Shown here piece by piece: positions 31,263-40,351 of a stretch of 64,000 nt of DNA. The stretch is taken from the IMG/VR virus record IMGVR_UViG_3300040815_002027. One strand, 5' to 3'. This DNA is from a virus. The notes beneath the pieces were generated by a model. The model searched no databases and had not been told where the DNA came from. It saw only the letters and a program-made list of their open reading frames with translations. A program made the translations under genes and the position numbers. Position 1 is the stretch's first letter. Every line of letters begins with the position of its first letter.

Positions 31263-32534
31263 ATGAGTAAGAGAGTTTTATTGTACGCACCTGTTAAGAC
31301 AAGGTCTGGTTACGGAGACCACGCTAGAGACATTGCAAGATGTATTATATCCTATTCAGATTATGATTTAGAAATATTTCCTACTAATTGGGGAAATACT
31401 TCTTGGAATGGTTTAGACACTACTACTGAAGTTGGTAGAGCTATTGAGTCTCGTATTACTAAAAGACCTACACCCAATCCTGATATCTTTATACAATTGA
31501 CTATACCTAATGAGTTTTCTAGATTAGGTAAGTATAATATAGGTATGACAGCTGGTATAGAGACTGATCTATGTAAGCCAGAATGGATTGAGGGAGCTAA
31601 TAATATGGATATGCTTATAGGAGTCAGTGAACACTCTGTATCTGTTTTAAAGAACTCGAAATACGATAAACAAGATAAGACTACTAATCAGATAATAGGG
31701 TCAGTAGCCTTAAAAGAAAGTCTTAGAACGGAAGTTCTTTTTGAAGGTATAGACACTGATATATTTAAAAAGACTTCTAAAATAGACCAGGAAGTAAAAG
31801 ATAAGCTATCTTCTATAAAAGAAGATTTTTGTTTTTTATTCGTAGGACATTGGTTAGAAGGGGATTTAGGCCAAGATAGAAAAGATGTCGGGATGCTAGT
31901 AAAAACTTTCTGTGAAGCTTTTAAAAATAAACCTTCTAGAACAAGACCTGCTCTTATATTAAAAACTAGCGGATCTGGATTCTCAGTTAGCGATAGGTAC
32001 GAAATAAATAAAAAAATACAAGCTATAAGAGATACTGTAGATAACTGTCCGTCTGTGTATCTGATTCATGGACAGTTATCAGACCAACAAATGAATGGTT
32101 TGTATAACCATCATAAAGTAAAAGCGATGGTTAGTTTTACTAAAGGTGAAGGATTTGGTAGACCTTTATTGGAGTTTACAGCTACTGGTAAGCCTGTTAT
32201 TGCTTCTGGATGGTCAGGACAAATGGATTTCTTAGACAGTAATATGTCCTACTTACTTCCAGGAGATTTAACTCAAGTACACAAGTCTGTAGTCAATAAG
32301 TGGTTTATGCAAGAGGCACGATGGTTTACTGTTAACTATGCCTATGCTATTAAAATATTACAGTCTATAGAAAAGAATTACTCTGAGGTTTTAAAGAGGT
32401 CTGAAGAACAGAGAAAGCACACGCTATCTAACTTTACTTTTGATAAAATGTCAAGTAAACTGCATCATATACTTGACAGTATTCCTGTTACTAAAGAAGT
32501 TCCTTTAACACTTCCTAAATTAAAAAAGATATAA
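31263..32534 (+). CDS. GT4-like glycosyltransferase
   Basis: SGYG.H.R, DRK, GEGFGRPLLEF..TGKPVI. Confidence 0.85.
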   Translation: MSKRVLLYAPVKTRSGYGDHARDIARCIISYSDYDLEIFPTNWGNTSWNGLDTTTEVGRAIESRITKRPTPNPDIFIQLTIPNEFSRLGKYNIGMTAGIETDLCKPEWIEGANNMDMLIGVSEHSVSVLKNSKYDKQDKTTNQIIGSVALKESLRTEVLFEGIDTDIFKKTSKIDQEVKDKLSSIKEDFCFLFVGHWLEGDLGQDRKDVGMLVKTFCEAFKNKPSRTRPALILKTSGSGFSVSDRYEINKKIQAIRDTVDNCPSVYLIHGQLSDQQMNGLYNHHKVKAMVSFTKGEGFGRPLLEFTATGKPVIASGWSGQMDFLDSNMSYLLPGDLTQVHKSVVNKWFMQEARWFTVNYAYAIKILQSIEKNYSEVLKRSEEQRKHTLSNFTFDKMSSKLHHILDSIPVTKEVPLTLPKLKKI

Positions 32535-33011
32535 ATGGAAAATAGATTTACTTTTGATGAAATATCTCCTATAACTAATAATTTATGTGTTCTAGTAGAT
32601 AAGGATTCGTCTACTGGATTATGGTCAAAACTATGTACAGAGTCTGGTTATACTACTAACTCTTTTTTAGTAGAAGGCTCAAAGACTTTAGAAGAGTTAA
32701 AGGAAAAGATACCTAAGTTTGTGTACGAATTAATCAAATATGATAAAGGGTATGCCTGGGTATTATCTATGAACTCTACTAGTAAGGCTAGTATGTTCCC
32801 TATATTAGACACGAACACTTCAGATTATAAATGGCAAGTAGTTCCTTTTAAGATGCTTAATGAGGAGGAGTCTAAAAACTATCCTAATCCAGATAAGCCA
32901 GGAGAGTTTTACAATACTGTAGTCGATTTTGAGAATGCTTCTACTTTTGATAAAGATAAGTTTCTGGAAGCTTTTGATCAGTTTATGTTAATATCTAAAG
33001 AAGATGAGTAG
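32535..33011 (+). CDS. Hypothetical protein
   Basis: ORF inside the glycosylation cluster. Confidence 0.6.
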   Translation: MENRFTFDEISPITNNLCVLVDKDSSTGLWSKLCTESGYTTNSFLVEGSKTLEELKEKIPKFVYELIKYDKGYAWVLSMNSTSKASMFPILDTNTSDYKWQVVPFKMLNEEESKNYPNPDKPGEFYNTVVDFENASTFDKDKFLEAFDQFMLISKEDE

Positions 33012-33768
33012 TACTATAAGTTTCCTAGTTACAGTTTGTGACGAGTTTAGGGAGTTAGATCGACTACTAAAGCAGCTTTCTACTGGAAAAAGTGCGGGAG
33101 ATGAAATAGTAGTAGTCTACGATTCTAATAAAGTAACAGACGATGTAAAAGAAATTCTTGTTAATTTTGATAATAAGATAGATAAGTATTCCTATCTTCC
33201 TTTTGACTTTAAAGGAAACTTTTCAGATTATAAGAACTTCGGAAATAGTTTATGTAAGAATGATTGGATATTCCAAATAGATGCAGACGAGTACCTGTCC
33301 TTACACTTATATACTAATCTTCACAATATTATAAATGTAAATGAGCCTTCTAATATAGATCTTATAGCTATACCTAGAGTTAATATAGTTAAAGGTATAA
33401 CACAAAAGCATATAGACTCTTGGGGATGGTTTATAGGTAGAGACGAGAACTACGCAGACTCAGATGAGTACGATACTTCTTCAGAGTCTTATAAGTTTCT
33501 TAAGGATAACGGCTTTATAATATCTGAGCATAATCACGCTGATAATATTAATGTAGTTAGGTATTACTGTCCTATAATAAACTATCCTGACTATCAGACT
33601 AGACTTTACAAGAATAAAGAAGGGATAAAATGGGATGGCAAACTTCATGAAAGAGTTGTAGGCTCTAACAACTTTGCCAGAATACCTGTAGATAATGATT
33701 TAGATATACTTCACTTTAAAGATATAGATAGACAAGAAAGGCAGAATAATTACTATAATACATTATAA
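33004..33768 (+). CDS. GT2 glycosyltransferase
   Basis: F...KN, WIFQIDADE, PDYQ.RL, W.GKLHE. Confidence 0.85.
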   Translation: MSSTISFLVTVCDEFRELDRLLKQLSTGKSAGDEIVVVYDSNKVTDDVKEILVNFDNKIDKYSYLPFDFKGNFSDYKNFGNSLCKNDWIFQIDADEYLSLHLYTNLHNIINVNEPSNIDLIAIPRVNIVKGITQKHIDSWGWFIGRDENYADSDEYDTSSESYKFLKDNGFIISEHNHADNINVVRYYCPIINYPDYQTRLYKNKEGIKWDGKLHERVVGSNNFARIPVDNDLDILHFKDIDRQERQNNYYNTL

Positions 33769-33769
33769 T

Positions 33770-34627
33770 ATGGTTTTTTGGAGAACTTTTGGTAATGCTT
33801 TACATCCTATTAAACATGTGGATAAGTTAGGATTTTCTATAAAAGATCCATTTTATATACCAAATTTTTATTTAGAAGAGCAGTATTTTATTGTATTAAG
33901 GACCTGTATGGGAGTTGGGGATTGGGGCATTATTTCTGCAATGCCTAGAAAGCTCAAAGAAAAATATCCTAATTGTAAAGTTTTTATTCCTAATAAGGAT
34001 CTTCTTTCTCATCTATTTGTACACTTAAAAGATAATTGGGATTCTTGGGATAACCCTTTTAACGTATCTGAAGTAGTCTTTAAGAATAATCCATACGTTG
34101 ACGACTTTATAGATTACTTTTCTGAAGAGGTATTTAATGACCATTATAGAATTTATACTGAAGAAGAGGAGCCTTTACTAAAGCAGATTCTTAGGTTCTG
34201 GCAGTTTCGAGAAGATGAGATGCAAGATTTAGATCCAGAGATTTACTGGACAGACGAAGAAAAAAGTTTGGGGGATGCTATAATAAACCAACACACTGGA
34301 ACTAATGACTTCTTTACAGTATTAATATCTAATAGGTATAAGGAAGAGGAGCTGCCTATAATACAAAATAAGATAAATGAGTTAAACACATTTAACTATC
34401 CTGCTTATTACTGGTTTTCTAATCCTAATATTAATTTAAACTTTAAAAAAGCTTTAGATTTAAGGCATGTGGATATAAGAGTACAGATGTATATAAAGTC
34501 TAAAGCTAAGTTTAACATAGGAAATCAAACAGGAGTACACGATACTATAGCACGTTACGCTCCTACCTATACTATTCCTAGAGGTGATCTAGGTTCCAAT
34601 ATTATAAATTCTCAAATATATTTTTAA
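33770..34627 (+). CDS. Putative GT9-like glycosyltransferase
   Basis: G.GD.....PR.LKEKYP, F.NNPYVD, IG..TG.. Confidence 0.55.
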   Translation: MVFWRTFGNALHPIKHVDKLGFSIKDPFYIPNFYLEEQYFIVLRTCMGVGDWGIISAMPRKLKEKYPNCKVFIPNKDLLSHLFVHLKDNWDSWDNPFNVSEVVFKNNPYVDDFIDYFSEEVFNDHYRIYTEEEEPLLKQILRFWQFREDEMQDLDPEIYWTDEEKSLGDAIINQHTGTNDFFTVLISNRYKEEELPIIQNKINELNTFNYPAYYWFSNPNINLNFKKALDLRHVDIRVQMYIKSKAKFNIGNQTGVHDTIARYAPTYTIPRGDLGSNIINSQIYF

Positions 34628-35211
34628 TGTACAATCCTAAAACTATCTTGGATACTATTCCAGATAAATTTGATTCAAAGACGACTACTTCTAAGAGATT
34701 TAAGACAGACTTGTATAACTTTATAGTGAAGAATGGTGTCAAAAGCATATTAGAGATAGGATCTTCAGTAGGGCATACAGCTTATTTTTTAGGTCACTTT
34801 GTAGATACGTTTTCTTGTGTGGAGCTTGATAGGTCTAGAGTTGATAGAATAAATAAGTTATGTGAAAACTTAGATAGTGTCGTATGTTATAGAAAAGATG
34901 TTTATAGAGATGCTTGGGGTTTTAAGTATCATGATATGATTATAATAGACTGTGTTCATTATTATAAGCATGTTAAAAGTGATATAGAGAATGCTCTTAA
35001 ACTTAAGCCTATCTACTTAGTTTTTGACGATTATGGTTTAATACCAGAAGTTAAAAGAGCAGTAGATGAGTATGTTGACAGATCTATTTTACAGGTAGAG
35101 TTAAAAGTAGGTCATCCTATGTCTACAGAGTTCTATATGTGTAAGTCAGAAAATATTACTAAAGATAAAAGGTTAGCAGACTCTGAGGGTATAATATGTA
35201 AAGTATTATGA
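34627..35211 (+). CDS. Class I SAM-dependent methyltransferase
   Basis: ILEIGS..G, IID..H.Y..V..D, VFDDY. Confidence 0.8.
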   Translation: MYNPKTILDTIPDKFDSKTTTSKRFKTDLYNFIVKNGVKSILEIGSSVGHTAYFLGHFVDTFSCVELDRSRVDRINKLCENLDSVVCYRKDVYRDAWGFKYHDMIIIDCVHYYKHVKSDIENALKLKPIYLVFDDYGLIPEVKRAVDEYVDRSILQVELKVGHPMSTEFYMCKSENITKDKRLADSEGIICKVL

Positions 35212-35912
35212 AAGTAGCTATATATACGTCCATATTCGGAAATTACGACAATTTAATAGAAGATCAATTACAGTTAGATGGCGTTGATTATATTTGTTTT
35301 ACTGATGCTGATATTAAATCAAGAACTTGGAGAGTAGTCAAATCTTTGCCTATATATAATGATGCTAATAGGAATGCAAAAAAGTATAAGGTACTTCCTC
35401 ATAGGTACTTAAAAGACTATCAGTATAGTATATGGATAGACGGTAACATAAAAGTTGTCGGAGATGTAAGAGAACTGATAGATGATTCTTTACATAAAGT
35501 CTTCGATCATAATCAAACTATCCTAGATGCTAGAAACTGTTTATACGAGGAAGCTAACGCTATACTACAGAAAGGGCAAGAGAATATGAGAATAACTCCT
35601 CATAGAGGTAAGTTAAACTATAAAGATAATCCTAAATTAATAACACAACAAGTATCCAGGTACTTAAAAGAAGGGTATCCTAGCAATAACGGTCTTGCTA
35701 CTAATCCTATAATATTAAGGCGGCATAAAGAAAAGGAGGTGGTTGATGTTATGGAAAGTTGGTGGGAAGAAATAAAGTACAATTCTAAGAGAGATCAGTT
35801 AAGTTTTGATTATATATGTTGGAAGAAGAATTTTAAGTATTCTTTATTATTAGGAGATTCTAGAGATAATGAATTTTTTAAATCTATGGGTAAACATACA
35901 GGTAAAAAGTAA
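35208..35912 (+). CDS. DUF616-like (TOD1/MUCI70) glycosyltransferase
   Basis: YTSIFGNYD, YICFTD, K.LPH, SIWIDG, SKRDQLSF. Confidence 0.8.
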   Translation: MKVAIYTSIFGNYDNLIEDQLQLDGVDYICFTDADIKSRTWRVVKSLPIYNDANRNAKKYKVLPHRYLKDYQYSIWIDGNIKVVGDVRELIDDSLHKVFDHNQTILDARNCLYEEANAILQKGQENMRITPHRGKLNYKDNPKLITQQVSRYLKEGYPSNNGLATNPIILRRHKEKEVVDVMESWWEEIKYNSKRDQLSFDYICWKKNFKYSLLLGDSRDNEFFKSMGKHTGKK

Positions 35913-35915
35913 ACA

Positions 35916-36521
35916 ATGAAGATATACGAATACAAAGATTACGATCACTATAGAGATTCTCAAATAGAAGCAAATAAGAAAAAGATAAAAAATTCTTATG
36001 TAGATAAGAACTCTATAAAATATTTAATAGATTATTATAGTAATAGGTTTGGTAGGAGAGCTAATAAGATTCTTTGTCATGGTACAAGGAGAGGTTTAGA
36101 GCAGGAATACTTTAAGAAGTTTTTAGGTAAAGATATAGATATACTTGGTACAGAGATAAGCGACAATGCTAAAGATTACCCCAACACTATTCAATGGGAT
36201 TTCCATAAGTCACAAGAATCTTGGCGTTCCTATTATGACATAGTATATTCTAATTCTTTTGACCATTCTTATAAACCAGCAGAATGTTTAGATGAGTGGA
36301 TGTCTTGTATCAATTCTGAAGGTATTTGTATTATAGAGTATAGTCCAATATGTGATACAATTCTCAATAAGGTAGATTGTTTTTCTGGATCTTTACAGGA
36401 TTACAAAGAACTTATAGGAACTAAATATAATTTTGACATACTTACTAATGATGGCATCAAAGATGACGGATTAACTTGGAGAGGTCTTAGGTATTTTTTT
36501 ATAATCACAAATAAGTTATGA
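35916..36521 (+). CDS. Putative SAM-dependent methyltransferase
   Basis: ILCHGTR.G.E, G.EI, DIVYSNSFDH. Confidence 0.6.
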   Translation: MKIYEYKDYDHYRDSQIEANKKKIKNSYVDKNSIKYLIDYYSNRFGRRANKILCHGTRRGLEQEYFKKFLGKDIDILGTEISDNAKDYPNTIQWDFHKSQESWRSYYDIVYSNSFDHSYKPAECLDEWMSCINSEGICIIEYSPICDTILNKVDCFSGSLQDYKELIGTKYNFDILTNDGIKDDGLTWRGLRYFFIITNKL

Positions 36522-37282
36522 GTAAAAATATAATATTTATACCAGCTATTGATGCGGGGAGAAATAGACATAATGCTTATAAGTATAGCATACAGTCATG
36601 GAAAAATTGGGCAGATAAGAATAATTCTGAAGTTATTGTGTGGGAAAATGCTTTATATCCTTGGAGCGAAATGACTATACCTTGGCAGAGATATTATCTA
36701 TTTGATATGCTTGAGAATAATAAAATAGATTATGATCAAGTTCTGATGGTAGACTCTGATACTATAGTACACCCAGATACGCCTAACTTTTTTGAATATA
36801 CAACAGATTATAGTGCAGTTATGGATTGTGGATGTTGGGAATGGACAGGTAGAAGTATAAGGCATTATGCCAATTTATTTGATAATTTTAAGTTGGAAAG
36901 AGGTTATTATTTTAATGGAGGATTTCAAATAGTAAATGAATCTAATAAGGAGTTCTTTAAACTTGTTTTAGAATTTTATAAGACCAATAAGAGTATCTTA
37001 CTAGAAAAACAGAAAGCTGGATTGGGTACTGATCAAACTTGCGTTAACTATTTAACGCAGATGTCTGGGGTTAAAGTTGAAATTCTTCCAGCTACTTTTA
37101 ATTTGCATAGTCTATCCTTAAAGAATCTAATAAATTTAGGTCAACCCTGGCCTGCTGATAGTTTAGAGAATCTTTATGAGCAAGGATGGGTATATCACTT
37201 TAACTCTATACCTAAAAACTCTTTAAATAGGAATACTGATTATTTTTTGGAAAGAGCATATAGAGAGCTTTGGTCTAAATAA
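36518..37282 (+). CDS. GT-A glycosyltransferase (GT8-like)
   Basis: VDSD, YFNGG, DQT..NY, YHF. Confidence 0.75.
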   Translation: MSKNIIFIPAIDAGRNRHNAYKYSIQSWKNWADKNNSEVIVWENALYPWSEMTIPWQRYYLFDMLENNKIDYDQVLMVDSDTIVHPDTPNFFEYTTDYSAVMDCGCWEWTGRSIRHYANLFDNFKLERGYYFNGGFQIVNESNKEFFKLVLEFYKTNKSILLEKQKAGLGTDQTCVNYLTQMSGVKVEILPATFNLHSLSLKNLINLGQPWPADSLENLYEQGWVYHFNSIPKNSLNRNTDYFLERAYRELWSK

Positions 37283-37293
37283 AATTTACAAAT

Positions 37294-38271
37294 ATGAGAA
37301 TAGCATGGTTTTCTGAAGCAGGGTTTAACAGTTCTAATACACCAAGGGACTTTCCTAATATGCGTACAGAGTATGCTTGGTATGTTGCTCAAAATGCACA
37401 CCATTATAATATAGCTACTTTACCAGAACTTAAAGACAATAGTTTTGATTTAGGTATTATAATCATACCAAAAAAACTAGCTGCTTATGCTAATATTGAT
37501 ATTATCGGGAATCTAAGGAGAACTTGTAAAAAGTATGCCTTTATGCAAGAAGGTGCTTCTTGGTATTTCCAAGAATTACACATAGGAGAAACTTTTCTTT
37601 ACTATGACATTATGGTAAATGCAGATTTCTTTTTAGCACATAACATAAAAGATTTAATGTATTATCAGTCTCTCTTGGAGAAAAAAGGATACATTAACCC
37701 TACCCTAATGATAGAGGATTCTATAAAAGACATATCTAATGTAGAAAGGGAGGGGGTTATTATAGGAGGTAATATCGGACATTACTATGGAGGATTCAAT
37801 TCTTTAGTTGTAGGTTTGCATATTGCGGATAAAGTGTATGCTCCTCAAATGGGTAGGATGAAGCCTGAAGAACGTAGTATAACTCAAATAGAGCATCTTC
37901 CTTACACGGAATGGGTTGAGTGGGTACATAACCTTAATAAGTTTAAATATGCCGTTCATATGAACCCTAACACTATTGCAGGAACTTTTAATCTTAACTG
38001 TGCTTATTTAGGAATACCTTGTATTGGGAATATAGATGCTGATACTCAAAGAATGTGTTTTCCTGAACTTTCGATGGATGCAGAAGATATTATAGGTGCT
38101 AAGATGCTTTTAGAAAAGTTGCGAGATGACAAAGATTTCTATCAAGAAATATCTGAAACTGCTAAAGATAATTACAAGAGATATTTTTCGGAAGAAGCGT
38201 ACAAAGTAAATTGGAATAATATTTTAAAACAACAATTCGATTATGAAGATTTCCCTAATACAGCCAAGTAG
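37294..38271 (+). CDS. Putative GT-B glycosyltransferase
   Basis: AGTF.L.CAYLGIPCIG, L..D..FY C-terminal pattern. Confidence 0.55.
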   Translation: MRIAWFSEAGFNSSNTPRDFPNMRTEYAWYVAQNAHHYNIATLPELKDNSFDLGIIIIPKKLAAYANIDIIGNLRRTCKKYAFMQEGASWYFQELHIGETFLYYDIMVNADFFLAHNIKDLMYYQSLLEKKGYINPTLMIEDSIKDISNVEREGVIIGGNIGHYYGGFNSLVVGLHIADKVYAPQMGRMKPEERSITQIEHLPYTEWVEWVHNLNKFKYAVHMNPNTIAGTFNLNCAYLGIPCIGNIDADTQRMCFPELSMDAEDIIGAKMLLEKLRDDKDFYQEISETAKDNYKRYFSEEAYKVNWNNILKQQFDYEDFPNTAK

Positions 38272-39451
38272 GAATAATTTAAAATATTTAAAGTGGTCTT
38301 ATAATGCTATAAGAAAGAACCAAGGCAAACATGATGTTCAGATTTGTGTGGCAGATGATGCATCTACAGATGGAACTTGGGAGTGGTGTATGCAAATAAT
38401 GCACACAGACTCTAACTTCAATGCGATACGAAACGAAGGACCTAAGAGATTAGGACATACTATTTTGTATGATAAATTGATCAAAGAGGTAGCAATTCAC
38501 GATATTTGTATGATATATCACGCAGACATGTACCTTGCTCCAGGTGCATTAGATGCAATAGAAAGTTATATTAAAGAAAAAACTATTGTTTCCTTAACAA
38601 GAGTAGAGCCTCCTTTACACCCAGATGGGCCAGAAAAGGTTCTTGTTGATTTTGGAACAGAACCTGAAGACTTCAATGAAAATATGTTTCTAGATTGGCT
38701 GTCTAATAAGTATACTCCTAAATCTGACAAAGGTTTTACCTTTGGAGTTTTTGCTCCTTGGGCATTTTACAAGAAAGATTTTTTAGAGATTGGAGGTCAT
38801 GATCCATTATATGCTCCACAGTCCAAAGAAGATTCAGATATCTTTAATAGATTTAAACTTAATAATGTAAAATTTATACAGACTTGGAGAGGAGTCGTAT
38901 ACCACATGACTTGTAGAGGTTCTAGATTTAATCCTACTATAACACAGGTAGGTACAGCTTCTGATGAATGGATGAGGCAGAATATAAAGAGTTCAAGAAA
39001 CTTTATTAGAAAGTGGGGACATTTTGTAAAGCATGATGAATATATGATGCCTATTGTTCCTTCTAAATATATGGTAGTTATAAAACTTATTAACTGTACA
39101 AGTATAAAATTACTATCTGCTTTAGAACCTTGGTGTTCAAAAATATTTACAGATTTCTCTGACTGGGAATCTTATGTTAAATCTGAACAAATTAATACTT
39201 CTTTTGATATGTCTAAAAGAGTATATCCTATAAATAGTATGATTCCTCAATCTGTAAAAGGACTTTTTCTTACAGTAGATGCTCATAATTTTTCTGATGA
39301 AGATTTTTTAGGCATACAAGAACTTTCTATGATAATTGATAATGCTAAAAAAGATTCTAATGATTTAGAAGGACAGATTTTTTCTTTAGGTAATATTAAA
39401 GTATATGTAAATGATTTAACTACTTATGAAAATTTATTAATAAAACTATAG
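38243..39451 (+). CDS. GT2 glycosyltransferase
   Basis: ADDASTDGT, HADM, IGG.D..Y....EDSD, YH. Confidence 0.85.
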   Translation: MKISLIQPSRNNLKYLKWSYNAIRKNQGKHDVQICVADDASTDGTWEWCMQIMHTDSNFNAIRNEGPKRLGHTILYDKLIKEVAIHDICMIYHADMYLAPGALDAIESYIKEKTIVSLTRVEPPLHPDGPEKVLVDFGTEPEDFNENMFLDWLSNKYTPKSDKGFTFGVFAPWAFYKKDFLEIGGHDPLYAPQSKEDSDIFNRFKLNNVKFIQTWRGVVYHMTCRGSRFNPTITQVGTASDEWMRQNIKSSRNFIRKWGHFVKHDEYMMPIVPSKYMVVIKLINCTSIKLLSALEPWCSKIFTDFSDWESYVKSEQINTSFDMSKRVYPINSMIPQSVKGLFLTVDAHNFSDEDFLGIQELSMIIDNAKKDSNDLEGQIFSLGNIKVYVNDLTTYENLLIKL

Positions 39452-39943
39452 ATGGGCTACGTAACTAAGTATAAAAAGGTAGAAAATAGATTTAAGCAAG
39501 ATGTATTATCTTATTTTAAAGATAAATGTAACATTACAGAGGCTACTGAGTATGAAGATATATACGGCCATTGGGATTTAGAAGTGACTGATTCTGATTC
39601 TTTTATAGGTAAAGTAGATGTAAAGGCATTAAAAAAGAGGCGGAGAAGCGACCCTTCAGTAGATGATTCTATACATTGGGTAGAACTTCAAAATGTAAAT
39701 GGAGATGCTGGTTGGTTGTTTGGTCTTGCAGATAATATAGCTTTTGAAACTTTAACAGAGTGGCTTATTGTCAGCAGGACTGCTTTGATTGATTCATTAA
39801 AATCTAGTATTTTTAAGGAGTTTGTTGACACTCCAGAGATATATAGAATGTATAGAAGAAAAGGTAGAAATGATGTTATTGTTCTTGTTCCTACAAAAGA
39901 TCTAAAGATATTAAGTAACTTAGAGATTCCTAAAATTAACTAG
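39452..39943 (+). CDS. PD-(D/E)xK-like nuclease
   Basis: HWD...VDVK, WVELQNV.G..GWL.G.AD. Confidence 0.6.
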   Translation: MGYVTKYKKVENRFKQDVLSYFKDKCNITEATEYEDIYGHWDLEVTDSDSFIGKVDVKALKKRRRSDPSVDDSIHWVELQNVNGDAGWLFGLADNIAFETLTEWLIVSRTALIDSLKSSIFKEFVDTPEIYRMYRRKGRNDVIVLVPTKDLKILSNLEIPKIN

Positions 39944-39973
39944 TATATTCTTATATTTATATAAAACAGTCTT

Positions 39974-40351
39974 ATGTCTAAATACTTTGATATTAATATG
40001 ATTGATGATTATCTTGACTTAGGTCTTAAGTTTAAGGTCTATGTTGATGGTGACTATCTAGTAGTGAATGATCCTTGGGATTTAATAAACGATAAGGTAG
40101 GGATAGGTTATGATTCTAAGGGAGATTCTGTAAAGTTTGAGTATATGGACATAGACCACGTTATGATAGGAAGTATTATAATGTCTAAAGAAGACTTAAT
40201 AAAATTAGAAAAACCCGATAATGAGTCAGATGATACCGAGCAACAGGGAGGAGAAGAAGCTCCTGCTGAAGAGCCTGCTGGAGATGAAACAGAACAACCA
40301 GCTGAAGAGCCTACTGGAGCAGAAGAGGAGCAGCCAGAACAGCCTGCTTAA
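39974..40351 (+). CDS. Hypothetical protein with acidic tail
   Basis: ORF after a TATTTATA motif; EEPA repeats. Confidence 0.65.
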   Translation: MSKYFDINMIDDYLDLGLKFKVYVDGDYLVVNDPWDLINDKVGIGYDSKGDSVKFEYMDIDHVMIGSIIMSKEDLIKLEKPDNESDDTEQQGGEEAPAEEPAGDETEQPAEEPTGAEEEQPEQPA

